A DNA stretch of 64,000 nt from Rhizodiscina lignyota. Lineage: Eukaryota. Both the position numbers and the translations under genes were made by a program. The stretch is taken from NCBI GenBank assembly GCA_010015805.1, contig ML978126.1, positions 62,001 to 126,000 on the forward strand, given 5' to 3'. Shown one piece after another: positions 27,127-38,668 of this stretch (positions are counted from its first letter, which is position 1; each line of letters begins with the position of its first letter). Under the pieces are notes generated by a model. That model worked only from the letters and a program-made list of their open reading frames with translations, was not told the origin of the DNA and did no database searches.

Positions 27127-28911
27127 ATGGTCAAACCGCTAGTAAAGCTACCGAGGAGAGTTTCATGGACTCCACGTAGCCTTCTATCTCCCTCAGAGAA
27201 ACCGCCGCCAATCCCCGACATTGACCATTCCCTTCCCGCGAGTATCTTCTCCAACTCTGCAGACCACGAGCAGAAACGCCAAAGACCGATAGCAAAGAGG
27301 CACCAATCCGATTCGCGGACTCCCAATAATGTCGCTGTTGATCACCCATCAACATCTTCGAGGCAGCGACCAGCTGGTACGACAATGGGTATGGAGAGTA
27401 TGGATGACCACGCCGGAACGAGCGCTCTTGACCTGCCGAACAGCGTCGGTTTACCAGGGAATGTAGAGGTTGAGCGCTGTTCCGACAAGGACTCCTTCAC
27501 TTCAAACAGAACCAACGTTTCGAGGAAAATTCTGCATGGACTCCCGGATATGCGAATGTTCGACTTTGCCCGGTCTGTTTCGAAGGTCAACAAAGACCCG
27601 AAGGAACTCCATGACGATTTGAACGAATTACCAGCGACAGGAACACAATCTTATCCGGTGCTGACTTCGGCAATACATCCGTCAATCGCACTAGCCGAAT
27701 CGCAAAATAACGGAGGGATTGATATATCCGGCGCATCCGTTCCTTCCTCTAAACCGCGGCCGGGACACAGTTCTCCAGGAATCCGGTTTCAAGAGCCGGA
27801 AGACTCCACAGATTGGAGGCCGTCGAAATTGTCCGGAGCAGAACGTCGAAGGTCTAGTACAGCCGAAGTTCCCCTTCCATCTGGATCTTCTTCAGACTCT
27901 GGGCCGTCGTCGAGGCGATGTTCAGGAGATGATGGGGAGAGACACTCTCACTTTCTGCACATTCACAGGCATCCGAGACCTGGAGCCGCGAGATCTACGA
28001 GCAGTCTAGCTACAAGCGCATCCTCTTCTAGCCGTCGAATGATAGATAAGAATCTCCAGACCATGCCACCAAGCCCAGCACTCGTGGCACATAGTCCAGT
28101 TCTACTCGCCAGAACTGCAACTCCGCCTCCAGATCCTGCTTCCCCCATGACGAACCCGACACAGGACGTGGTTTCGCCCAAATCAAAGCGGCCGAAACGG
28201 TTTTTCAAAGCGCTAGCTGGTATGCTAAGTCCTAATCCGAGGCCAGAGCTCGAAAGATCTCATTCCTCTCTGCGAGAGAAACCTTCTGCTCGAAAGGTCT
28301 CTGAGGACTATTTCAACCAGATGGCTACGAAGGGACAAGGCAATATCACACCCGAGATCGAGACCTACCATGCTGGAGAAGCTACGCGCTTCACTACCCC
28401 TCTGCATCTCAAACGACAGTATTCCCCGACCAAGCATGACGACCAAGTTTTTGATTATCTCCCAGCTGAGCAGCGGCACTCATCCGAGTTTGACACGTCG
28501 TGGCACCTCCAACGGTCCGTCCTTGAGGACACGGGCAAAGGTGAATCTTGGCAAGGCCTTCTGCGAAGTGGAGGACCGCTATCCGACTCCGCTCTCATCC
28601 CACATCGTCAATCTACCAGACCCGCCAATGAAGATAGCTTGTTCCGCCAGCGTATCGACGACATAATGGGCGACGATGATGAAGACGAGTCTTTTGACTG
28701 GGACATTCCTGTGCACCTACCTCAGTCCCCTCTTTGTCCCCTGAATCCGAAACACAAGAGTGGTGGAAAGGGCGTCTGTGTCTACCATGGACGGAGGAAG
28801 ACTCAGCCAACAGTGGGAGCTGGTGTAGAATCGGGTATCAAGGGGAATGATAATCGTAAGGTTCCTGGAGTCTTGTTCGGACAGTCGAAGCAGTATGCAA
28901 TGTTCTTATGA
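27127..28911 (+). CDS. hypothetical Ser/Pro-rich protein with C-terminal Cys/His motif
   Basis: Long uninterrupted ORF (track 26893..28911; first ATG 27127) ending in WDIPVHLPQSPLCPLNPKHKSGGKGVCVYHGRRK. Confidence 0.7.
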   Translation: MVKPLVKLPRRVSWTPRSLLSPSEKPPPIPDIDHSLPASIFSNSADHEQKRQRPIAKRHQSDSRTPNNVAVDHPSTSSRQRPAGTTMGMESMDDHAGTSALDLPNSVGLPGNVEVERCSDKDSFTSNRTNVSRKILHGLPDMRMFDFARSVSKVNKDPKELHDDLNELPATGTQSYPVLTSAIHPSIALAESQNNGGIDISGASVPSSKPRPGHSSPGIRFQEPEDSTDWRPSKLSGAERRRSSTAEVPLPSGSSSDSGPSSRRCSGDDGERHSHFLHIHRHPRPGAARSTSSLATSASSSSRRMIDKNLQTMPPSPALVAHSPVLLARTATPPPDPASPMTNPTQDVVSPKSKRPKRFFKALAGMLSPNPRPELERSHSSLREKPSARKVSEDYFNQMATKGQGNITPEIETYHAGEATRFTTPLHLKRQYSPTKHDDQVFDYLPAEQRHSSEFDTSWHLQRSVLEDTGKGESWQGLLRSGGPLSDSALIPHRQSTRPANEDSLFRQRIDDIMGDDDEDESFDWDIPVHLPQSPLCPLNPKHKSGGKGVCVYHGRRKTQPTVGAGVESGIKGNDNRKVPGVLFGQSKQYAMFL

Positions 28912-29343
28912 CTAAAGGCCTGGGATGTCTGTCAATAGTGACATGGGAGTACAGAACCGGTAGCTGGGAGCTCCATGATATATCTCTTGTACTCTTAGAT
29001 GGCCTCCTAGAACGAATAATCACGGCCTTTTTGCAATGGTAGCTGTTCCAAGTTCGCGTGTTATGCAGCGCTTGAGCGGGACCCGGAGTGTTTCCCAGCA
29101 TTACTATGAACACTTCTTCTATTATCACAATCTTACTAAAACACGTTTTACAAATATTTTGAAATTTTATGCAGCCAAGTTATTCTTTTCGCATAGAACT
29201 GAAGTTCGAAAAATAAGTGCATTGGTTTTCTCACGTGCCACGCGAGATCTTGGTGTCTGGACGCTAGGTCCGCGCTTCCCAGAGAGGTTCTTTCACGTCG
29301 CGGCACCTCACTCAACTTTTCAACATCAATCGCTCCCACCACA

Positions 29344-30713
29344 ATGGCCGCCGCCGATGCGCCGCAGTCGGACCCTCTACTCTGTCTCAGGCGAGCAATC
29401 TCCTCTAACAAAGTTCCTGTCCTCAGCACCTCTACCGACCGCGCAGACGCCGAAACGAATCTCGCGCTCGCAACAAACCTCATTTTCACTTTCCCGAACG
29501 ACGAGCACCACGCCTTTCCTCTTACAACAGCCACGCGGTTCACATCGAGCGACAATGCCGTGGACCTTCGAAGCATCTTGTGGGCATGGCAGAAGAAAGA
29601 CGCGCAAATCGCAGAGTACATCTCGACGACGGCCACGTTGAATGAAGACCTCGCGGCCTCGTCGAAGAATGCAAACGCCAAAGTCATACAACTTAGCTTC
29701 GTTGAAAGGCTTGCGCTGATATCATGGCTCGAGGGTACCACGGATGAGTGTGAATATATTAAGCCATTGGCAAGCGAAGCGGCGGGGCAGCAGGCGGGAG
29801 CTGCAGCAGACGTCGCGGCTGGTACAGCAGGCGGTATCGCCGTAGTACCAAGTGCGACTAGAGCAAAAGCAACGGGCATGAAGACGTTGGATCCTCGATT
29901 AGCGGAGATTTACAGGGGTGAGAGGAAGATGGGCGACAGGAACTCGATTCTGCGGGGCATCAAACCTACTGTAAGTTGAGACGATTGCGCGTATATATTC
30001 GTAGGAACGTATCCTCCCTCTGACGATGCATTTACATACAGGATTTCTCACACATCCGCAAAAACGCTGAAACATTCCTCGGACGAACACGAACGCGACC
30101 AGGCGGCCCTACTCCTGCAACGTCTCTCCCTACCAACTCCGCCCTTGTATCGAATCGCCAGAAGCCTTCAAGCAACCGCCGTGTCGAGCCAATCATCCTC
30201 CTCTCACCTTCCGCTTCATCCCTTCTCCGTACCTCCAACATCCGACACTTCCTCGAGAAAGGCGTGTACGTACCAGCCGACTCTCCTCTAGCCTCTGGAA
30301 CAGACAGTGGTATCATACACATCTCCCGCATGCTACCTTCCATCGATCCGTCTCGTCCAATGCGCTTTATCCTCGTGGATCAGCTGGACCACTTCAAACC
30401 AGACTACTGGTCACGCGTCGTAGCCGTCTTTACCACTGGCCAGACATGGCAGTTCAAGAGCTATAAGTGGACGAATGCTCCAGAGCTGTTCAGCCATGCG
30501 CTTGGAATCTACGTCGGATTCACAGGAGAACTGATACCAGACACAGTGAAAGGGTGGGGAAGAGGCGTGAAAGTTGCCGCGGTGGACAAGTGGAACTCGA
30601 CGCAAGGCGAGAAAGGTAGATGGAGGGATAGAGAAGTCGTGGAAACTCTCTGGACCGCAATCGAGGAGAGCATGCGTGCTAGAGGGTGGAATAGGGACGG
30701 GGCGGTGCGATAA
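29344..30713 (+). CDS. CDC73: Paf1 complex subunit Cdc73, 2 exons
   Basis: DRNSILRGIKPT/DFSHIRK, PIILLSPSASSLL, KPDYWSRVVAVFTTGQTWQFKSYKW, RWRDREVVE; intron 29971-30041. Confidence 0.95.
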
Positions 30714-31328
30714 GGAGCAGCGGCTACAGCACGGCATTCGATACCCTGGGAATGGTTCTGATCTGGCGCTGAAGGTTATACAGAGTACACGGGAGTCCTC
30801 TATTGAGCATTTTGGAGTATAAAAAGTAGGCCGGTGCTTCATGGTGACTAGGCGAGCAAAGGAGCATCACGATGAAGAATATTTCAGGGGAGTTCCAATC
30901 GGTCACAGGGAGCTTGACATCAACAATTCTGTTTCAAACCTTCATTCTCACAACTGCGACTTCTGATATCTCCCTGTGTGCTCATCTTTCTCACTCTTTT
31001 CTGGAACGCTCGCCGCGACACTACAAAGATAACATTCCTCGGCAAGTCTTCCAAAGACTGAATACAATAGACGCCAGTCTGCTACTTTATCTTTTCAAAA
31101 GTCAGGGGCAAGGATGGCCAGCCTCAACTTTCGTCTGCAGAAGATTACGCATCACTCCTTTAAACCAATGAAAGCAGCAGGCGCCAATAAGTGGATGTCA
31201 AATACGGCAATAGATACCAGAAAATAACGCTTCGATAAGACCCAAAGAGGCAAACAAAGAAACTAAAAAGGTATAAAATAATCTTACCGCGACCCACCAA
31301 TCCAACTCGGCTTGCCGGACCCCCATCA

Positions 31329-31718
31329 TCATGGCGACCCCGGGAAGCTAACTTTACAGTTGAAACAGCTCGCCGCGTCCAGACATTTCATACTGCTCAT
31401 AACGTTATCAAAATCAATGTCCGCCAAACACTTGCCGCTGTCCTGCAGCACACCCCTCGCTGCGCCCGTGCAGCCATGTTGATTATACAGCCAGCAGAAC
31501 GTGCCAGGATCGGTCTGCATACTGCTGATCTGGTTGTCGTAGTTGTTGAAGTCCAAGCACTGGTTTGCCTGCGCAACCGCAGTGGAACATTCTCCGCCGA
31601 GTTTGTCGTCCGTGCAGACCGTTACCTTTCCGATCGTGCGTTTCGAGATGGGTCCAGGCGACGAGGGGAACGCGGAAGCGGCACCGAGAGCGATGAGGGA
31701 GAACGAAACGAGAAGCAT
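31329..31718 (-). CDS. small secreted Cys-rich protein, beta/gamma-crystallin-like
   Basis: Signal peptide MLLVSFSLIALGAASA, KR processing site, two repeats ending YDNQISS and FDNVMSS, single exon of 129 aa. Confidence 0.75.
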   Translation of the reverse strand: MLLVSFSLIALGAASAFPSSPGPISKRTIGKVTVCTDDKLGGECSTAVAQANQCLDFNNYDNQISSMQTDPGTFCWLYNQHGCTGAARGVLQDSGKCLADIDFDNVMSSMKCLDAASCFNCKVSFPGSP

Positions 31719-32043
31719 GATGCGTTCAAAATTTGTATGGAATATGAGGTTGATCTGAGATCTCAAGTTGTCATTGTCGTGGGTTACAAGAGGTGGAAGA
31801 ATGATGCATTATATTCGTCGACATTCAATGCATTTAACAAAGAAATGTGGAAGAAAAGGCGCAGCTGTGGATATTAAACTTGAAAGACCAGCCACCTCTC
31901 TGTTCGAATGATCCGAAATCTCTTTGTTCTTCTACCGCCTGACAATAGTCGGCGCAACACCTCAATCGGCGTCGGAGTCGACAGGCTCCGGATGTATGGC
32001 TGCTCTCGCAGTAGCTCTATCGGGTATTCTGAGTGGTGTGATC

Positions 32044-33802
32044 CTACAATTTCGACTTCGCGGCTGAAATTTTGGTGCCGTATTTATCCTTGAGGAGCCT
32101 GCGTAATATCTTTCCAGTCGGGCTCTTCGGTACTTCTTCTACAAACTGAACACCCCCTCGGAGCTTCTTGGGATACGACACCTGGGCATCCAACCACGCA
32201 ACAATCTCCTTCGCCAATTGATCCGAGGGTTTGTTGCCTTCTGTGGGGACAATGAATGCTCTCGGGACTTCCGAAGCCATCTCTTCGACGTACATCCCGA
32301 GCACTGCCACATCCTTGACCTTTGGATTCTTCAGTAGCATTGCTTCTAGCTCTGCCGGCGCGACTTGATACCCCTTATACTTGATCAACTCTTTCACGCG
32401 ATCCGTTATATAGTAGTTTCCATGCTCATCCTCATATCCAACATCGCCCGTTTTGTACCAGCCATCATCGCTAAATGAATTTTCCGTGGCCTGCGGGTTC
32501 TCGTGGTAATGAGCAAACACATTTGGGCCTTTAATCCACAGCTCTCCCTCTTGACCCTTTGCAACCTCGTTACCATCCAGATCGACCCACTTCGCGCTCA
32601 TATTCGGCAGTAATGTGCCCACACTACCCTTGTATATCATCGCCTTTTCCCAGTCCATCTGGTGAGTAACTGCAGGAGATGCCTCGCTCATGCCATATGC
32701 CTGTTTGACCGGAATTTTGAATTTCGTGTAGACGTCCTCAATGAGTTGTGTGGCAAGGGGTGCGGCGGCGCTCATGATACCGCCGATGCTCGAGATGTCG
32801 TACTGATCCACGAGCGGACTGCGTGCTAGAGCGAGCAGGATCGGCGGCGCCACATAAATATATGTGATGCGGAATTTCTGGATGGCGGCGAGGGCGCGTT
32901 GGAAGTCGAATTTCGGCATGACGATGACTTGGGTGCCAGTCGCGAGGATGCGGATTACGCCTTCCATTATCGCTACGGTGTTCGTCAGCGTACTATTTCT
33001 ATCGCATAGATAAATCATGACATGATTTACAGTAGATGTGGGCGAATGGCAAGAAAGCGAGCAACTTCGTCTCGTAGCCCGCCGTGGCAGCTTCGACTTC
33101 CGTTAGAGTTAGCTGGATACATTGTGCTACCAGATTCCAATGGCTCAAGGATACGCCCTTGGGGAGGCCGGTGGTTCCTGAACTATACACAAGGAGTGCG
33201 GTGTCTTTCTTCGGTTCGAATGTGTACCTCCTCGGCACCGGACCAATAGACTCCAACTCAGAGTAATACTTGCAGTTCAACTTGGAGCCGAGATCCTTTG
33301 GCCCGAACAGCAGAATCCTGCTTTGCGGGAGGCCTACGAGACGTGCTGCTTCCTGAGCAGTTTTGAGGCCTGCTGGATGGGTCACTATGGCCTTTGTTGA
33401 AGAGTTCTTGAGCTGAAATGCCAGCTCTTGCGCCGTGAATGTGAAACTGATAGGCGAGAGGCATCCGCCTGCCCATAATGTGCCAAATAGTATTGTAGGC
33501 CAATCGATATCGTTCGGGCCGAAGATTGCGAGCACGTCGCCTTTCTGCCAATTCCAAGTGGTGCGTAGCGCGTTGCCAAAAGCCTTGCTCTTTTGTCTCA
33601 CCGTCCTACGGGAAAGAAATCGCGACTCATCATCCACATCAACAAAAAGATCTTTAGAAGAGTGTGTTAGCATTCAATTACTAGACACAATTGAGAGGCC
33701 CTTACGCTTGTTTTCATCTTTTGTGTTCTCAGAGCCGAGCAAATGCGTCCAGAGGTCGACGCTGTCAACATGAACGTCCGGAATAGCAGAGTAGCTGGGC
33801 AT
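32044..33802 (-). CDS. peroxisomal 4-coumarate/phenylacetate-CoA ligase-like AMP-binding enzyme, 3 exons
   Basis: YSSGTTGLPKG, QAYGMSE, GELWIKGP, WYKTGD, DRVKELIKYKG, PKSPTGKILRR; C-terminal SKL (PTS1). Confidence 0.93.
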
Positions 33803-35249
33803 TTTGAGTGGGTCTGAGACGGGAGGAACGTGAAAGTCTAGAGCAGAATGCAAAGAACTAACGGTCTACTTTAACCTACCTCTAGTGGCGCACCTCATGG
33901 ACACGGCGGCCGACGCGCCAGATCGCTCTGTGGCCATCTCTCATAAGATGTCAGCGGGAACAGCGGGCCATTCTTTATCAATGCGGTGGATGACGGCTAT
34001 TATCGCTAAATAGCGGTCGATATCCACCTATGTAAGTACCGTGTTAGCAAGCCGTGAGCATTACGTGCCTCCGGCCGTGAAATTCGGAGACGTGCGAATA
34101 AGCACTTACCTTACAGGTAATGCCAGAGTTCGGACCGACGATGCTTTATGATGTTCGGGGGAAAGTTAAAACGCGTTAAGCTTATTCGGTGGCGAATCTT
34201 AACCTGATAGGGAAAGCGCTCGTAGGCGAACGGATCCAATCGGCTTGTTGGTAGGGAGGTGATACGAACATCACTCTTTCGAGCCACCACAGCAAGACCT
34301 TCCCCGGAGACGACACCGAATAGAGGCATCAATAGGTGCACCCGATCTTGCTTTCGTACGAGAACTCTACTAATGCTACGGATCCGACAAAGCAATACGG
34401 AGCACTACGGACTATTGCCAACCAATATAAGTCAGGATCCTCAATCCTACGTAGTTGCTGCAATGATCTCTCTGAGGTTCAAGGGGATAGATACCACCAT
34501 CTTTGAACTTTCATCCAGCAGTGAATTAGGCGGAACAGAAGACGTGTTAATCATATCTCGAGCATCTCTCCCTGAACTGTGTTCGGGCCGTATCGAATCG
34601 AAACAATATTAGGCTGATTTCGCACGCACTTCCACAAACGCGGCTCAGTAAAGTAGAAGCTGCATGCGTTAGCAGTGGAGTAGACCTCCATCGGAGCCGT
34701 GGTAATTCTGAAGCCGTGGTAACTTGCCTCCAGAAATGCGTTTGGTCAAGACGGAAGCCTCACCCCAAAAGGAATTGGCAGCCAGCTCGAAGCGGTGGCA
34801 ATTTACGCACTCTCAAATCGATCTCATCCGCGATATTCCGCCGAGCACGCCGTATCGAGCTTTCTACCGTCTTCGTATTGGGTGCCGATACATGCCTTCT
34901 GTTCTGATATCGCGAAATCCGATGAAGGGGGTTTTCTCCTCGAACGCTCATGTAACGACCTGTTCAACTGGAGATGATCACTCATCAACCATTGCGATAG
35001 CCTCACTGGAGGCCAAGTGTTCTACAGCGGTATAAGTCAGCCTCCGCATTAATACTATCTATTCAGTACATGTCCACCCGCAAAGTTCACCGTATTCGAT
35101 TGCAACTACACAACTAATCAAGCATTACTTTGATTGTTCATGGAGTCCTTTCAAACGCGGTGGCAGTACGCTTTGAACTTTCCACATTTATCTACTCGGT
35201 ATCACACGAGCTGCCTACCCTTATGCTGGGGCAATAGACGCAGCTCGTA

Positions 35250-35790
35250 CTACGTCGACGATGCTTTGAACGCAATCACGTCTCTCCACTGAGCGTTCGA
35301 CAGCCGAGGGCGAGGCTGGGCCAATGGTATGCCCAGGAGACTGGCCAAACACCGTTGGATCGCGTTGTTCCACTCCTCCCGGCTGGGCGCCTTGACAATG
35401 TCTGCGGTGGGACTTCGCGACTGAGGTATCGAATGTGCGGTGTTGGTAATATATGTCATGCGGCGCTCTAGCTTCTTGTATAGCGCCTCAAAAGGATTGC
35501 TGGATTGTGTGAACTCCGGGATCTCAACCTCAGGTCCTGCGTCCTCGGTCTACCATGCTCTTCATTTTCATTTTCAGCAGGCTACGAGGCGGTGTCATCA
35601 TCTCCCTGCTCACTTGCCACATACCCCGAGTCCGAGCCACTGTCATCGGAACGCTACTCGACTGTTCCGTCCTTGTTGCCATCGCTATACAGAGATTTCA
35701 AGTCGGATTCATGTAAAGCTTCTTCAAGTAGTAGCTTGCTGGAGTCAAAGTGTAATGCTTCGACTTATAGATGCGCTATATAGTGAGAAT
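35250..35790 (-). pseudogene. possible decayed ORF (acidic low-complexity protein relic)
   Basis: One minus frame reads EALHFDSSKLLLEEALHESDLK...SDDSGSDSGYVASEQGDDD with stops only as TAA/TAG (35765, 35654, 35582), then shifts frame into NPFEALYKKLERRMTYIT. Confidence 0.3.
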
Positions 35791-36228
35791 GAAAGCATGG
35801 ACTCTCTTAAAGTTCGCTATATTGATGAAACTTTTCCGAGCCAAAGTCGAAGTTTGAACAGACAAAGCATGCTGATTGATTGATAGATATGAGACGATTC
35901 AACATCGGATAGAGTCTGCTCACTGCGGCCTTACCTGTGATTTGCTACATCCTTTGGTTGGAGTGCCGATCTATTTATACCTTCGTCTCATATGTGATTA
36001 CCTGGCTGTACTCACCGAGTTCACTCTCGTCACTCAAAGCTACACCATCAACAGAGCATCACTTATATCACCGACGGAATCAACGCAAAGCAACCAATCA
36101 CAACATCGAAAATTTGAATTCCTATTGAGCGGGCAGTGCCGCTGCCCGCTCATCCGCGCGACGCCGCGCGCGGTATCCAATCCCGTGGGGTCCCAAGTCT
36201 ATACCGAAACGAACGCCAAAACACCGAT

Positions 36229-38260
36229 TCAATTGCCCTCGACGTCCACCTGCGCCGCCTCCAACCACGCGCCGCCCACACTCCTCTTCCACGCCCGGAT
36301 GCTGCCGTCGTCGCCGGTCGTCACCAGCAGGTCTCCGCTGAAGCTCCATGCGAGCCTCCACACGCCGCCGTGCTCCTTCCCCACCTCGCCGACGAGCTTC
36401 ACGACGTGCTTGACGATGCCGGCCTGTGGGTTGGCCGCAGGCACCGTGCCACCGTTGCTGGGAGCTTCTCCTGCGGCCTGAGAGGATGATGAGGCTGCCG
36501 CGCCGGCACGCGCGAGACCGGTGCTGATGGCTGATGCCGCGCCGCGGCCTCCTCTGTGTCCAGTACGCGCGGGGGACTGCGGTGCAAAGGTCGAGCTATT
36601 CTCGTTGCCGGGCTCGAGAATCGTCGGGACGCCCGCTGCATCGAGGGATACACTGGCGGTGCCACGGGCTTGCTGGCCTGGAGTCGCTGTCGTGGCAGAC
36701 GAGGCTGCCGCAGAGCCACTGCCTGGCTTCGGGGTGCTGACTTCGTAGATGCGGACGACGCCATCCTTGCTGGCGGCGGCGATAAGGTCGTAGCCGCGCA
36801 TTGCGCCGTTCGCCCATCCGAGGTCGCGGATGATGTTGCGCGCACCGGTGAGCTCGGCGGCGAGGTAGAACTTCTTGTCCTTGTCTGTGCGGTAGATCTT
36901 GACGACGTCCATGGCTGCGACCGCGAGGCTTAGTGCGTGACGGTCAAGGCCTGCATCGACAGCCGTCCAGCACGGCATGTTCTCCCCATGCCAAGAAACA
37001 CGGAATCCGGTCTCTTCAGCGCGGCTCGGCGTCACGCAGACGTGCATGGCCTCCATGCGGCCCCATTCGGTGCTTAGCTCGTCAAAGTCGACGGGATGGT
37101 ACACGGCTAGGTAGCCATCACGAGTGATAGTGGCAAGGTAGGTTTCGGTCATGAGAGATTTGAAGTCAAGGCTGCAGAATGGGACACCAGTTTCGCTGCG
37201 GAAGGTGTAGATGCATCGGAAACGGTGAGAGGAATTCGGAACTTGGAGGACATCTTCAGTCCAGACCTTGAGGCGTGAATCTTCAGCGATAGAGGCGAAA
37301 GTTGGAGTTGTGAAAGGTCCGTTGAACTTGACCTGTTCGCTTGGGTTAGCAGGGTTGACTACATAGAAAAGGCGCTTGCAAACGAATGGATAAATCGGAA
37401 CCAGTAATACGACAGTCACGTGGGTTAGATATGAACCATGAAAAGCTGAGCAGGAGAGTAACTCAACAGGCCGCCAATGGAAATGTGAAGTTTCGAGAGG
37501 ATTTAGGCAGTAGACAAGAAACGATTATACCCAAAACGCGCAGAGAAACATTCAGCCGGGCGAAGTGGACAGCGAAGGATGTGCTTACGTCAACGATCTC
37601 AGCGTCGTGAGCCCTCCAAGCATCAGTGATGACCCATTCTTGCTCTTTCCTATCCCACACTCTGAGCCTCTGATCACTAGAGGCAGTGACCATGCGAGTT
37701 CCGTAGAAGTCGAAGTCAACGGCGAGCACGAGATCGGAGTGGCCATGGTCGAAAGTTTGAAAGCTGCCGGGTCCCGCGACGGTCGTCGAGGCCACTGCGG
37801 AGCCTGCCATCATTTTTCCGGGATTGACGTTCTGATTGGGATTGCGCTTGAGGTTTGCTTCGTTCATGAGGACGTGGTTGGAGACGAAGAATTGACTGGC
37901 CTTGTAGAAGACAGAGTCGGACGCAGGCTTGGCAGGAATTGCCTTCTCTCTATCAACAACACCACCTAGCCCCAGTTGCTCGACGGCATGCTCGAGAGAG
38001 TGCTGTAATGCAGCAGCGGGAGCGTTGTAGGCAGAATCGTTTCTCGCGGGATCAGGTGGGTCTTCGATCTCGACCTCAGGTCCTCGGTGGTGCCTGACTC
38101 GCGGCGGCGGCTCTGGGCACGGGGATGATGAGTCGGTAGCAGCCTGCGAGGGCAGGCGACTGGCGGAGATGTCGTGCAGGAAGCTCGGATGCTGGATTCT
38201 GTGCGTTGCACCGTCCAGCAGGTCCTGGATGGGATCTCGGGGGTTGTTGTTGTTCTGCAT
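36229..38260 (-). CDS. SEH1: WD40 nucleoporin / SEA complex subunit Seh1; start uncertain (38260 or 37813), 2 exons
   Basis: HSDLVLAVDFDFYGTRMVTASSDQRLRVW, WRAHDAEIVD/VKFNGP, IRDLGWANGAMRGYDLIAAASKDG, VWRLAWSFSGDLLVTTGDDGSIRAWK; intron ~37335-37588. Confidence 0.85.
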
Positions 38261-38668
38261 GGTGGATTGTAAGGCAGCTTCGCGCTCTTTAGCGCGGCTC
38301 GGCGCAGCTTCTCCTTTGGGCTCAGGACTTCTTACCGAGTGTGGCTAGCGGCTCTCCCAATGGGCAAGAGCACATGCAGGCGGTAGGGCTGACAGGATTG
38401 CACAGGAAAGGGAAAGGTGCGCGCAGACCCTGCAGCGGCGGAGGCTTGCCAGTGGGTGGAGTGGAGGAAGAGAAGATGTGTTCAATTCAATGTTTTTATC
38501 TTGTATGAGCGCGCACCTCTACGCACGTCATCGCGGCCAGCACAGCAAACACCGCAATGTTTGTCACAAGCTCCATCTCCCGCTGACTAGCTCATGGTCG
38601 TGCCTCTCCCCCGCGGCTGCCTGAACTGAGCTCTCTTCACTCTCCCGAGCATTCACTCGATCCCCACC

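Noticed and set aside
29036..29879. 201-aa and 243-aa ORFs overlapping CDC73
   Set aside because: Alternative-frame and antisense shadows of a conserved gene.
35876..37127. Multiple overlapping ORFs on both strands
   Set aside because: Shadow frames of the GC-rich SEH1 exon with no recognisable domains.
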